Of a stretch of DNA of 64,000 nt, positions 32,607 through 44,944 are shown piece after piece; the stretch's first letter is position 1; the number at the start of each line of letters is the position of its first letter. The stretch is taken from contig CAVSHT010000003.1 in assembly GCA_963727895.1 (NCBI GenBank), positions 32,001 through 96,000 of the forward strand, in the 5' to 3' direction. The notes beneath the pieces were generated by a model. The model made no database searches and had not been told where the DNA came from. It worked only from the letters and a program-made list of their open reading frames with translations. Made by a program: the position numbers and the translations under genes. The stretch comes from an uncultured Methanosarcinaceae archaeon (GTDB lineage: Archaea > Halobacteriota > Methanosarcinia > Methanosarcinales > Methanosarcinaceae).

Positions 32607-33316
32607 CCTAATTGTGAAAATTTACACTGATTTTGTAACAAAGCCAGATTTTTTGCACCATAACCATAAAAGAGAAACGAAATTTTAGCGAAGTACTGAA
32701 ATTACCTGATAAAACAAAACAGGATGTAAATGTATAAATATCACATATATACTGTTTAGAGTATAAAATTGGCTGGATCAGACTGACTATCTGAATATTG
32801 GTTCTACTTGTTTTGTTGCATAATTCCATAGGATTCTTGATTCTGCTTGAACCCTTTTTTATATGTTTAAATGATGAGGCTTCGTAAAAACGAATGAATG
32901 CTGCAGGGATGCAGCACAAAACCACGCCAGGAATTTTGCAGGTATCATTCAACATAGACAGGCTGATTAATTCTGCAACAAAGTAGCTATATTTTGAACT
33001 TGCATACTCCTGAAGCTTCATCTAGGATGAAAAATGACTTTAGTTAGATTATTTAAAAGATTTGAGTGTTTTTACCTAGATCTATTAAATATATATGAGT
33101 CCTTAAAGGAATACAAGTTTTCAAAAAAGTATAATATGACCTATCTCTCTTTGAACAGCTTCTTTAACGTGAAGATAGCAAAAAAGCTCCAGAACTTGAA
33201 AAAGAAGCTGACAGATTCTTAACAGGAAAAGCTCGTGCTATTCTCTAAGAGAAAGAATTGAAGACCCAATTACAGGCCTCCGAAAAAATGGTTTTAAATC
33301 TTGAGGAAGGCATTGT

Positions 33317-34735
33317 ATGGTAAGCGATGAAGAAATGAGGTCCGGGAGTATTGTAAATCTGTTCTGGAAATTTGCATTTCCGGCAGTTGTAGGAGTTGTC
33401 ATTGCAGGAATTCAGGAAATAATCGATGGTTTCTTCATAGGAAACGCTATCGGAAACCAAGGACTTGCAGGAGTTACTCTTGCTTATCCCCCTTATTTGG
33501 TTGTAATTGGAGTAGGCGTAATTATAGGTATTGGCTCATCCAGTCTCATAGCCCTGGAACTTGGAAAAGAAAATTTCAGAGAAGCCCTGGACATAGTACA
33601 TAATGCTTTTCTCTTAAGCGTGCTTGCAGGAGCAGTTTTTATGGTAGCTGGGCTGATTTTTTGCGAAACCTCTATCAGTTGACTTGGAGGCAGCGGGCCT
33701 GCCCTTATCTTCGCTCGCGAGTATCTCAGGATCATTTTCATGGGTTCGATTTTTATGATCCTTACGATCGCCCTTGATCCCCTCGTCAGGAATGACGGAA
33801 AGCCAAGGCTTTCCATGCGCATAATGGTTGCAGGAATAGTTCTAAACTTCGTGTTTGATTACCTTTTTGTTATGCATATGGGAATGGGAATGTCAGGTGC
33901 TGCCATTGCTACGGTAATTTCCTTTACTTTGCCTGCAGTAATGCTTATGCAATATCTTTTTGGCAGCGAGGCAAAATTGAGACTTCAGCTTAAAACCATG
34001 AGATTCAAAATCGGGACACTGATACAGATCCTGAGAGCCGGTCTCCCATCCTTCATGATGCAGTTATCACTGGCTCTCGTGATCTTTGCCTATAATTACA
34101 TGCTGCTCAGATACGGTTCTGAGCTTGCAGTCTCAGCCTACGGCATTATAGAATATGTCTTTTCAATATTCTATATGCTCTTTGAAAGAATAGCCCTGGG
34201 AGTGCAACCGATCATAGGTTCAAATTACGGAGCTGGCTGCTATGAAAGAGTTTCAAAGACCCTGAAATTGACAATGCTTTCGTGTATTCTTATAGGAGCT
34301 TTCGGATTTGCATTGATCTACTTCTTCCCAGAGAAGCTGGTACAAATATTCAGCAGGGACGACTCTGAACTTCTGAGGATTACACTGCGAGGAATGAATT
34401 TTTTCATGTTCTCTTTGCTTGTTGAAGGCACTGTGCTGCTCACTTCTATCTATTATCAGTCAATAAACATGGTCAGGACAGCACTCTTCATTCAATTAGG
34501 AAAAATTTTTATTTTCCTCTTTCCCCTGCTATTTATTCTGCCCATCTTCTTCGGTCTGGATGGAGTCTGGTTTGCAGCGCCGGTTACGGAGTATATCATG
34601 ATGCTGGTGGTTTTGTCTATGCTTTTGAAGGAATTTAAGTTCCTAAGGAATGGAAAGGCAGAAACTGAGACGAATTCCAAGTTTGTTAATTTCAACCACG
34701 CTGAAAAGGTGGAAACTTCATTTCAGGTACATTGA
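33317..34735 (+). pseudogene. MATE family efflux transporter with an in-frame TGA at 33680-33682
   Basis: 'FAFPAVVG...IIDGFFIG', 'RNDGKP', 'LGVQPIIGSNYGAG'; the two ORFs share a frame. Confidence 0.88.
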
Positions 34736-34885
34736 AAGATTCTGTTGCAAAAAATCATAATAAGGATTCAATTGAATAAGGAGAAAATCAATAGAACGAT
34801 AATATGCTATCTAATTCCTTTAGGTTCCGTTGCAAAAAAATTATGAAAGGGATTCATTGAAATAAGTAGAAATTTAAGGGTTCTG

Positions 34886-35004
34886 TAGGACTTACGCAGT
34901 TGAGCTGAAAAATCAATATCATCAAACTCTTAACTATCTAAAAATAAATATATGACCGCACAGCCTATTGTTACCGATTTTGTATTTATAGTGCGTAAAT
35001 CCTA
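34886..35004. mobile_element. 119-bp MITE with TAGGA(C/T)TTACGCA ends
   Basis: Terminal IRs TAGGACTTACGCA and TGCGTAAATCCTA. Confidence 0.7.
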
Positions 35005-35007
35005 AAT

Positions 35008-36186
35008 TTATATCACCAACTTAAAACTATTAGTCCAGAATACCATCAAAAAACCTTGTAAAAGAGCGAACGATAGCATAACAAGATCTTCTGAAACGCG
35101 ATTTTTAGTAATGTCCGCAAATAGGATGTAAATTGGAAAAATTACAAGAATAAACCTAGGCATTGACAAAATTCCGGTAGAAAGTGGAACTAAAATAGAA
35201 TACATACAAAATAACCAATAAGAAAACCGGATTTTTTTGTAAAACAATATGAAAATAAAGATAGCAATGGTGGTCGAAGCGGCCTCAAAAGCTGAATAGA
35301 TATTCCTACGATAACTGTCAATTAGAATCCCCAGAGGATTTCCAAAATGTCTGTGCCACATTACTTGAGCATGTGCAAAAGCCATGGAATCTCCAGTTAT
35401 ATGATAATTAAAGATCATAACTAAAATTGTGCCTAGGGGAATTAAGAAGAGATAAAACAGAGGCAGTATCTGATACCTAGTATTTTTAAGGCTTTTTAAA
35501 GCTTTATATTCCCTTAGCAAGGGCATAAGACCTTCGTAAAGCAAAGGTAAAACGACAAGAACACCAGTAGACCTTGTTAAGGATAAAAAGAATCCTGTGA
35601 TTCCAACTAGATACCATTTACCTATTCTGGCATAATAGAAACACATCAAAGTAAGAGCAAGATAAAGAGATTCGGTGAAAACTCCCGAAAGGATAAAAGA
35701 AACCGGAAAGAGAAACAGGTATTTTATCGCTTTAGTTGATGTATCTTCATCATAATCGAGCTTTACTAGTTGATATAAGTAAATACAGGAAACTATTAAA
35801 CAAAAGTTTGATACTATTAAGCCAGCGATATAGTAATTTTCTATGATTAAACCTAAAAATCTCATAATTAATGGATATAGTGGAAAAAACGCAATACTAG
35901 ACTGATGTGAAATCACCTGAATCGGAGAACTTGGGGTATAGCCATACTGAGCAATTTTCATATACCATCTTGTATCCCAAACACCCCATATATCCAGCCA
36001 GGCATGATTTGTCCAGGCATGTTGATGGACAAGTCGATGTAGTCCATAAAAGGATTTGGATGCTAAAACTTTACGAGATAATATGCCAATCATACTCAAA
36101 ATTATTCTCGTGCTGAAGAACATCAATAAGATATATTTGATTTTAGGAATCTGAACTCTATAGTTGGACAATGATATTGTATTCAC
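35008..36186 (-). CDS. GT-C membrane mannosyltransferase (PIG-V-like)
   Basis: 'WDTRWYMKIAQYGY', 'AFFPLYP', 'FTESLYLAL', 'SMPRF'. Confidence 0.85.
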   Translation of the reverse strand: MNTISLSNYRVQIPKIKYILLMFFSTRIILSMIGILSRKVLASKSFYGLHRLVHQHAWTNHAWLDIWGVWDTRWYMKIAQYGYTPSSPIQVISHQSSIAFFPLYPLIMRFLGLIIENYYIAGLIVSNFCLIVSCIYLYQLVKLDYDEDTSTKAIKYLFLFPVSFILSGVFTESLYLALTLMCFYYARIGKWYLVGITGFFLSLTRSTGVLVVLPLLYEGLMPLLREYKALKSLKNTRYQILPLFYLFLIPLGTILVMIFNYHITGDSMAFAHAQVMWHRHFGNPLGILIDSYRRNIYSAFEAASTTIAIFIFILFYKKIRFSYWLFCMYSILVPLSTGILSMPRFILVIFPIYILFADITKNRVSEDLVMLSFALLQGFLMVFWTNSFKLVI

Positions 36187-37112
36187 GTGTTGTTTTTCCT
36201 TCTTAAATCATTTTCTTGTTTTATTTGTATCCTTTTCAAACTCAATGTAAAAAGTACATTTCTTACTTATGACGATAATTGAAAAATTTAACTAAACTTG
36301 AAAAACATGTTCAAACGGCATGCTGGACTTCACTACTGTACTAATAAATTCCTTAGGGTGTTCCAGGTTAGAAAATTTACCATTGAATTTGAAGAGGATA
36401 CGATTTTTGCTGCATAATAGAGCTTACTTCTGCCATATAATCTTTGCAACAGAACCTTAGACTACACAGTACAAAAAACTTAGCTTCAAATTTACAGCAA
36501 ATTCAGGAAACTGCCTAAATTTTTAATTAAATAATTTTAAAGCTAAAAATTTTTGTAAAGAGGTAAATCTATATTAAGAAATTTAGGGATTTGTTACGAA
36601 ATGTTAATTTCAGGGATATTATATACGGCTAAAATGTTGACTAGATTTTAGGAGATCCACATAAACTCAATTACCGGAGCCAAAATGAATATGGTTAAAA
36701 AAGAACAAGTCAAAAATCTAAATTATTCTGCTCCTAATGAAGCTAAATATATTAATCAATTATTTGGAATAGTTCTATAATATTGACAAACATTTTTAAA
36801 TATTTTAACTTTTGTTCATTGTCTGTAGATTTACATGCTTATTCTGAGATTTTTTGCAACGGAACCGGAAAGACTATTCAACTTTCAGATCTGTATCATT
36901 GCAATGATCATGAGGTAGGATTAGCGAATTTTATAAAAATCCAGATTACTAAAGAAGAAAAAGAATAAGAGAAACAAAATTTTCTCAATGTAATCAATTT
37001 TCTTGAATATTTTAACTTTTTTCATTGTTTATAGATTTACATGATTATTCTGAAGTTTTTGCAACGAAATCTTTTAACTTAATAACAAAAGTTATACTTG
37101 CATTAACTTGCA

Positions 37113-37514
37113 TTACAGATTTTCCTCTGGGTTATTGAGAATTGCAGTCCACCACCAGCTAGCCATATCCAGAAGATCCTTTGAAAACTGGCCTGAAAGC
37201 CTGTATTCTTTGTTTTTTATAGAGATAAGCCCTGCTCCAAGCAGTTTATTGCGCATTGCGTAAAATGAAGCACGACATATTTGGAGTTCTTCCAAAATGA
37301 CTTTCCACTCATCCGTTCGGATTGCATTTCCTGCAGCTTGTCGCTCTTCAATCATTACAAGGAATTTTCCCCCTGTAACCGCAGTGGTATCTTCTTGAAA
37401 GATACGCCGCATAAGGTTATAATAAGGGTCTCTTGAATGACTTATACGAGTATTGGCATCAGATCTTACAACAATAGTTGTTGCTGTTTTGGGAGCATTT
37501 TTAACAAGTGACAC
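37113..37514 (-). CDS. Hypothetical protein, winged-helix-like C-terminus
   Basis: 133-aa ORF; 'RASFYAMRNKLLGAGLISIKNKEYRLS'. Confidence 0.65.
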   Translation of the reverse strand: MSLVKNAPKTATTIVVRSDANTRISHSRDPYYNLMRRIFQEDTTAVTGGKFLVMIEERQAAGNAIRTDEWKVILEELQICRASFYAMRNKLLGAGLISIKNKEYRLSGQFSKDLLDMASWWWTAILNNPEENL

Positions 37515-37956
37515 GACTCATTATATTCAAACACATATTATAAAAATAGATTCAATGTATCTCAAAGAATTGATTTTTTAGCTCTTGTAAGATCTCACAA
37601 AGATAGCTACGTTTTACCTCAAAAAGTTCGTATCTTGAATTATCCTATAAAATTAGAATTTTAGATTATTTGCTGCATAACAGAGTTTACTTTTGCCATA
37701 TAATTTTTGCAACGGAACCGTTCATATTATAGCAAAGTTCTACTAAGAGCCTATCCGAAAAGTAGAAGAACTGCATTTTAGGGTAATATTGAGTAGTGAC
37801 ACCACGAAAGATTGTTTTTCCATCTAATTTTTTTAGATAGATCTAAACGTTTCAGAAATTTCGTAAATATTTAGACATCAATATCAAAGAAAATTTAGAT
37901 TTAAAGTAAGAATTTATGATCAAAAATTGTAATGTCAAGAAAACGATATAAATTCT

Positions 37957-40279
37957 TGTCAAGGCCGGTTTACTTTTCCCTATTTTGGCCGGATTAATTT
38001 TTCTAGAAATGAATGCAGTGTACTTAATTTTAATTCCGGTGAATAATTCCTCATTTTAGCCGGGATTTAAATTCCCAAATTTCCAATCCTTAAGAAAAGT
38101 TTGACTAAAATCTCTTTTTTCCATATAAATTTTCAAGAATTTAGCTTATTTTGTTAAGGGTAGATTTCGATTGCAAAAAAATGAACATGTTTTGAATATA
38201 TAAAAAATAAAAGAAGAAAACAAGTAAAAGAATGGAGAAACAATTTTTATATTATTGAAACCTTTCTTACTTAAAAAAGATTAATTTAGTAGGGTTCTTC
38301 GTAGCCAGCTTAGAACCCTGACTCCCCGTATAAGAGGAATAAGTATGTATACACTTAGTAATAACATGGGTACCTTAGGGTATAAAGTTTTCGATCGTAC
38401 TGAACAGGATAGCAAAATAAATGAATTTTTAGCACTTCTAAAAACTGAGAAATACTGTTTTTATACAGGAGAGGACTTCTTATGAGTCTCTCGGATTATG
38501 TGCCTATTGAGTTTATGCACTTTTTTGAACAACCTGGAATTGTTGAAGCTCTTAAAGGTTTTGCAAGATATCTGATTAATGAAGATCCAGAATTCAAAGT
38601 TGAACTTAAAACAAAATTTGATGCTCATCTTCTCACATCCGAGGTAGAGCCTGTGCAGAGATTATCTAGTATTGAAACTGTTTTGGGAATTGATGACCTC
38701 TCGTATGATGATGAAGACCACGAACCTACTATTCCAGATCATATAACCAGGCTATACGACATGGTCTCTAAAATAAACACAACATTAAAGCCTGAACTTA
38801 TTGATAGATCACTTGTAGCACCTTCTAAAAATATCACAGAAATTCGCGCGGATTTTCTCGTTGAGTATATGAAAAAAAGTACAGACCTTCCAAAGGCGGT
38901 TTCGCCGTTTGCAAATATAGATACACGGGTTCTGGACTCCAGAGATTTTAAAAAATTTGTTGAAAACTATCTGCCTGAAGAATTCCAGCCTGAGTCTACG
39001 AAGAACCTAAGAAAACTTAAGCGTGATGTGTTTGAGGCTGCGGAGAAAAGATGCTACACTAATGATATTTTTGTTGACAAAGCAGATCATGGCAGAAACG
39101 AACTTAGATTAATTTTCGCAAGACAAATCCCAGATGAAGAACTGCCTATGTGGTTGACAGGTTCACCGGAACAGACCGTAACTGCGTAACGGACAAGCAA
39201 AAAAGAAGGTTGAAAGCAAAAACAAGGATCTCATGAAATCCTATCGTTAAAAAGAAAAGTTACTAATATTAAAGTTAAGCATTGACTGAAAATAGTCTAA
39301 ACTTAATACGATTAGTGTAGGGTATATAAAAATAAAATTATAAAAAAGAAATTAAGAAAACTAATTTTGAGATAAATCTTGTAAAGTACGTTACTTGGTC
39401 ACAGTTGGTTACTACAATATCTCAACGACTAAAACAAACGCCTCAAATTTGCCCCTACAGCCCCAAACTCCTGAGCCGTAAGGAAAAATTACCTCACCAT
39501 TTTTTCAAACCTTTCCTAGAGCTTTAAAAAAGGGGAGTATGTGCTCTTCAATATCAATAAGTAGGATTCCCGTTGCTTTAGAAAATAATGAGAGGAAAAG
39601 AGGAGTGTGCTGTCAGGGAAAGCTTGAAAAACCCTCATAGCAGGAAGTGTCGCCCAAGGACGAACGGCTTCATCAGGAGGGTGTAGGAGAGGTGATAGAG
39701 AACTCCTGCAATGTTTTTAATGGTAACAAAACTTTTAGTAAGTGATTATATTATATGTGTTTAAATATATATAAAATGTTTACAATAATATCGGCTGATT
39801 CGTTGAAATATTGGTGTGTTCTTCTGGCTGGCTGCTCCCTGTGCCTTGCACGTCTATATAATCATTTAGAGATACAAAAAAGACCACCTGTCTGTTTCCA
39901 CTGATAGCGTTTTCGCATGGCTTGCATGTTTCAAAACCTTCAAAGCCATTTCTGCAACTCTTTAGAAAAATTCCCCTTAAAACTCAACCCTTCCACCACT
40001 AGCAAAAAGCAATTTTTTGTTTGTCTGTCTGTCTGCTACTCTTAGACACATGTCTAGTTAGTAATAAGTAGCCAGTCATTTTTTTCTTTTGATCCTGGTT
40101 TTACTGGAGCAGACACAAAAATGAGATAATAAATAAAATGTTTGTAAGAAGTGTATGCATAGCGTTTGTATGAAAGCAACAGTCTAAAAAACTGTCTGCG
40201 AAAAAGAAGTGTATTTTCTGGAAAAAGAAAGAAAAGTACAAATTTTGAAGAGAGTAGTTCATATTAATCCAGGCGTTTT
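37957..40279 (+). mobile_element. Copy C of the cassette, preceded by an isolated IS21 right end (37957-38003)
   Basis: TGTCAAGGCCGGTTTACTTTTCCC matches the inverse of 15001-15050; left-end remnant from 38036. Confidence 0.72.
38482..39189 (+). CDS. Hypothetical protein, cassette copy C (leader-fused form)
   Basis: 235 aa; GGAGAGG RBS; paralog of ORFs 11678 and 25071 with a different N-terminus. Confidence 0.85.
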   Translation: MSLSDYVPIEFMHFFEQPGIVEALKGFARYLINEDPEFKVELKTKFDAHLLTSEVEPVQRLSSIETVLGIDDLSYDDEDHEPTIPDHITRLYDMVSKINTTLKPELIDRSLVAPSKNITEIRADFLVEYMKKSTDLPKAVSPFANIDTRVLDSRDFKKFVENYLPEEFQPESTKNLRKLKRDVFEAAEKRCYTNDIFVDKADHGRNELRLIFARQIPDEELPMWLTGSPEQTVTA

Positions 40280-40377
40280 GTGAATGTATTAAATCTTAAT
40301 TTATCTTCATCTACTACGTGAAGACCTCTTTTTACAATCATAAAATGTTTTTTCTGAATATATAACTATATGTTAGC

Positions 40378-41620
40378 GTTCATGTCCACAGACCTCTTGC
40401 AGTAACACTCAATGAAACTTCCGAAGAATTCCATATTTCCACTGGACTTCGATAGTTGAATGATGAATGCTCACGTAAATTGTATCCATTTTTAGTAATC
40501 ACAAGAAATTTCTGAAAATCATTAAACGTTGCATGGTATTGTAAATTTATGAATTCATATTGCAAAGTCTCTATTGCTCGTTCAATGAAAGCGTTCAACC
40601 ACGGATGTGCCTTTGGAAGAATATGATGTATAATATTATTTTTATTACAATATTCACGCGCAGTCGCATTATTAAACTCCAAACCTCCATCAGATTGAAT
40701 CTCGATTACAACATCTTTTGGTACTATTTTGCGTAATTGGTGAAGAGATTCTACCACATTCGCACCTGATTTTGTCTTATGGGCATCAAGGATTACAATA
40801 CCACTGTTAAAAATATCAAGTACACCAAAAACATACGCAGTCTCACCATTTCCAATTCTCCGTTGAGTATAGTCCATATTGAAAGAGCTCAATGGTTCTT
40901 GAGGGCGTTGAAGATGTTTGGAACTTATAGCCGTCTTCTGTTTTCCAGTAAGCCCAGCAATAGCAAGAATATGATGAACCCATGATTTGCCAACACAAAC
41001 TGAGCTTTCTTTGTTCTCTTTTTTTTTATTGAATGAAGCTGCAATTCTTCGAACTCCCTTCACAGCTTTATCCATTAATCCCGTCAATTGCTGTACTCTC
41101 TCTGATTTTAAGACATGGTCTGTTTTTTCCATTGCATCAACAAACGCATGTTTAGATGATTCGATTTTGTTTGTATTATTCAAATAGAGATTTATTATTT
41201 CAGCTTTATCTTCATCCGTTAGCTTTCGATATGGATTTTTAGGCTTCGAAGGCGTGTCCTTCAAGTCTTCTGCTCTACTTCCGTCTTTTGCTCTTTCAAC
41301 AAGATAATAGAAAGTACGTTCGCTCATTCCATACATTTCCCACAGTTCTCTATCGGTATATTTTCCAGATTTTCGCAGTTCAAGGATTTTGGCTCGAATT
41401 TCTGCCACTCTTTCAGGTGGAAAATATTTTTGGATATCCTCCCATTTATAAACGTATATTTCAGACATATAGTAACGCCCATAATTGCTGCAAAAAATAA
41501 CATTTTGTATCTCAATAAAGTTGTAGTATTTAGCCTATTGACTATAGATGTTGATTTGTTTTTACAAATATGTCAGAAGATTCAAATCAAATTTACTGCA
41601 AGAGGTCTGTGGACATGAAC
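40378..41620 (-). mobile_element. IS481/IS3-like element with perfect 28-bp IRs
   Basis: GTTCATGTCCACAGACCTCTTGCAGTAA at both ends, inverted. Confidence 0.88.
40380..41468 (-). CDS. rve-type DDE transposase (IS481-like)
   Basis: N-terminal HTH; 'FNMDYT', 'IQSDGGLEF', 'PWLNAFIER', 'YN.REHSSFNYRSP'; stop lies inside the IR. Confidence 0.85.
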   Translation of the reverse strand: MSEIYVYKWEDIQKYFPPERVAEIRAKILELRKSGKYTDRELWEMYGMSERTFYYLVERAKDGSRAEDLKDTPSKPKNPYRKLTDEDKAEIINLYLNNTNKIESSKHAFVDAMEKTDHVLKSERVQQLTGLMDKAVKGVRRIAASFNKKKENKESSVCVGKSWVHHILAIAGLTGKQKTAISSKHLQRPQEPLSSFNMDYTQRRIGNGETAYVFGVLDIFNSGIVILDAHKTKSGANVVESLHQLRKIVPKDVVIEIQSDGGLEFNNATAREYCNKNNIIHHILPKAHPWLNAFIERAIETLQYEFINLQYHATFNDFQKFLVITKNGYNLREHSSFNYRSPVEIWNSSEVSLSVTARGLWT

Positions 41621-42088
41621 ACTAGCTTATCAGAATCATTGTCCCCTACTATATATGGTAATACCATAGTATGGCAGGATGACCGTAATGGAAATTGGGA
41701 CATATATGCATATGACCTTAAAACCCATCAACAGATACACACTAACGATAAGATAGGTCAGATTAGTCCTGCTATATACGATAATAAAATAGTATGGCTT
41801 GATTCTCATGACGATGGAAAAACAGATATCTACATGGGCACAATCAGTTACCTTCCAGTTGCTGCCTTCTCTGCATCTCCAACAACAGGGAAACATCCAT
41901 TGACGGTGAAATTTACTGATAAAAGTACAGACGTATATTACTGGTCATGGAACTTTGGGGACAAAACAACTTCAGCAACGCAGAGCCCAACCCACAAGTA
42001 TACTAAAGCTGGGAAATATACTGTAAAATTAACTGTAAAGAACGCTGCTGGAAGTAGTACTAAAACGATGTCTATTACAGTGAAATAA
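41621..42088 (+). pseudogene. Beta-propeller/PKD surface protein lacking its 5' end (cut by the IS481-like element)
   Basis: 'IYGNTIVWQDDRNGNWDIY' and the PKD tail closely match ORF 5-1315; no signal peptide. Confidence 0.8.
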
Positions 42089-42385
42089 AATTGATAACAG
42101 TAAATTGTTTTTAACTTTTGGAGCACTTGGGACAGTTATTCTATCTGTTTCATTTGTTCCTTTTAATAAGAAACATTTAATTGTTGTATTTGATGATAAT
42201 AATTTATGAAATAGCTATTTTAAATTATTTCATTTTGCGTTACTATCTTTATTTTTTATAGGCTTTTTACCACAAAAGTAAATTCATTTTGTAAAATTTT
42301 GATTAAAATGAAAATGTTTAACACTATAAAATATATTTTAATATTAAACATATTAAATATCAAATTAAATGCAAGAGTTTTAATT

Positions 42386-43531
42386 ATGAGATCGAATAAA
42401 AAATTAGTGTTTATATCAGTAGTGATGATTTTATTTTTAATTGTAATTTCGTCTAGTGCATCAGCTGCTACTCTAAAGGTTGGATCTAAAGAAAAATATC
42501 ATACAATCCAAAGTGCTGTAAACGCTGCACATGATGGAGATACCATTATTGTTAATTCGGGTACTTATCATGAGACCGTAACGATTACAAAAAGTAGTTT
42601 AACAATCCTTGGAAAAAATTATCCAAAGGTTGATGGATTTACTGATTATGCTGATCCTTATAGTCAATATGGACAAACTGAAATTAATATCAATGGATTT
42701 TCTATAATCAAAAATGGTATTTATTTAGGTGGGTATGGAGCACAGAACGAAGTAATAAGAAATAATTATTTTTATTCTTGTAATGCTTATATGGATGGGG
42801 AAATGTCTACTGGTGCTATTAAAAACAACGATTTTACAAACGGTGGAATTTTTTTAGTAGATTCTTATGTAGACATTACTGGAAATAAAATTAGGAATAC
42901 AGATATTGGAATACAGTTAGCTGAAGGAGTTGGAGGGGATGTAAGTGCAGATATTTCAGAAAATAAAATAACTGGTTGTAATGTAGGAATTAAGTTTTGT
43001 GGAATTGTTATATCTAGTATTTATGATAATTACTTCAGCAATAAAAAGAATATAGTATTTGATCCATCATATCCTTCAGAGGATTATAGTGGTCAGTCTT
43101 GGAATACTACTAAGACTCCAAATTATAACATTGTTTTAGGACCTTACATTGGTGGAAACTTCTGGGGTTCTCCTAATGGCAAAGGTTTCTCCCAAACAGC
43201 TGTTGATAATAATTATGATGGAATTGCAGATTCCCCTTATAAAATAGACAATAACAATATTGACTACTTACCTCTAGTTGCTATCAAGTCTCCAGTAGCT
43301 TCTTTCACAATGTCAAAATCAAGTGGAAAAGCACCATTAACAGTTTCATTTACAGATACAAGCAAAGGGGTAAATATGACCGAAAAATGGAATTTTGGAG
43401 ATGGAACAACTTCAACTTTAAAGAGCCCATCACACAAGTATAAAAAGGCGGGAAAGTTTAAGGTTATTTTGACAGAAACTAATAAGATTGGAAGCAATTC
43501 AAAGAGTCAATTTGTAACAGTTACTAAATGA
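42386..43531 (+). CDS. NosD/beta-helix plus PKD surface protein
   Basis: Close paralog of 3189-4331; start taken as MRSNKK. Confidence 0.88.
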   Translation: MRSNKKLVFISVVMILFLIVISSSASAATLKVGSKEKYHTIQSAVNAAHDGDTIIVNSGTYHETVTITKSSLTILGKNYPKVDGFTDYADPYSQYGQTEININGFSIIKNGIYLGGYGAQNEVIRNNYFYSCNAYMDGEMSTGAIKNNDFTNGGIFLVDSYVDITGNKIRNTDIGIQLAEGVGGDVSADISENKITGCNVGIKFCGIVISSIYDNYFSNKKNIVFDPSYPSEDYSGQSWNTTKTPNYNIVLGPYIGGNFWGSPNGKGFSQTAVDNNYDGIADSPYKIDNNNIDYLPLVAIKSPVASFTMSKSSGKAPLTVSFTDTSKGVNMTEKWNFGDGTTSTLKSPSHKYKKAGKFKVILTETNKIGSNSKSQFVTVTK

Positions 43532-43549
43532 GAAAATATAATTTTCTTT

Positions 43550-43693
43550 CATTTGTATTCGATTAAGGAATCTGTTAACGTTGTAATGACTACTGCAATA
43601 ATCTATGCATCTCGATTTACATTTATAGGTTTACAGAAATGGCAACAAAGATAACATATTTTTTATAGATCGTATCTTAACCGAATACAAATG
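43550..43693. mobile_element. 144-bp IS4/ISH8-like MITE with a 10-bp target duplication
   Basis: CAT...ATG termini flanked by AATTTTCTTT on both sides. Confidence 0.85.
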
Positions 43694-44944
43694 AATTTTC
43701 TTTTACTCTTTTTAATAACTGTTATTGGATTATTATTAACTGCAGGAATAATTTGTCAATTTAAATAGGGTGGTGTGTATAGATTAATTAAATTATTCTA
43801 TAGTACACCCTTTTCTGTTAATCACAATTTGCAAATTTTCGATGTATTAATTTGGGTCACGATATTTTAAAAAAAGTTTTATGAAATTTTGAGAGGGGGG
43901 TCTGTTTAAATAGATTGAATAATTGTTAGACAATTATTTGAAAAAAATTTCCAAATCGTTTGACACATTTCTGAAGAAATTGATAAAAATTGCCTGAACT
44001 ATTACCCTATCAGTATTTCAATTAATTTTTCTGTCGTTGCGTCTAACAATAAATAATTAAAACCATATAACACACACGTATGTGGTAAAATGATCAATAT
44101 AATTCAAGTGCAAGCTGAGGTTAGTAAATAAAATTAATTATAACTATAATTAGGCAGTTATATCTAATGACAATGAAACAGCATAATGTGTGACCATGAA
44201 AGAAACGCAGTTAAAAATGTGAATTACCAATGTCTATAGCGCTTACAAGTTTTTTATTAAATTAATGTATGAAAATATAATATAAGAAGACTTCCACCAC
44301 GAATTATTGTTTCCTGGACGTTCGATTGCATTCTAATTTAGAGACTTTTTATTATTTTCTGGTCTTGTATTGATTGCAGTCAATTGCTAGTGAAATTAAT
44401 GATAAATTTTGGCAATCCCAGAAGATATTAAAAAGTCTCCTAATTTATTAAGTAGTTTTAACTCTTCTATTTCTTTTATTTTGAAATAATATTCAGAAGA
44501 ATTTCTTCTGTAATTTTGATAGGATAGTAGGTTGTATCTAGATTGTAAAACAAACCTCCTTTTATGGATATGCAGGGAGCTTTGGTGGAGAGTTTTCCTG
44601 CAAATTATAATAGCAAATTGATCCTTAGTAATAGGCTTTTTACATTCCAGTTTTTTATCCATTTTTTGAATTTATAGAGGTTCCTGATAATATAATTCAC
44701 AATCTCAAAAGTTTTTTAAGCTATTATGTCTTCAACAGCTCTTTCTAGAAAAGAGAAATCCCTAGAATATAAAAGTTTATCCCCTCGATGTTCTCTTTTC
44801 TTTTTCTTCTTTTTATTAGAGTATTTCAATATTCAGCGCCTATTGTTATTGATTTACAAAACCCTTTAATTGTGATTTATCACATAAATCAATGCAGGAG
44901 CAAGAGAACTAATTATAAATATTATAAACATTATAACAATTATC

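Noticed and set aside
32608..33222. ORFs 32608-33021 and 33034-33222
   Set aside because: No recognisable motif or RBS; they overlap IS-end relics and promoter-like DNA
33680..33682. In-frame TGA in the MATE gene as selenocysteine
   Set aside because: Methanosarcina are not known to use Sec and the position is not catalytic
44396..44662. 88-aa ORF as a real gene
   Set aside because: Possibly a decayed fragment, but I could not support a family or a start
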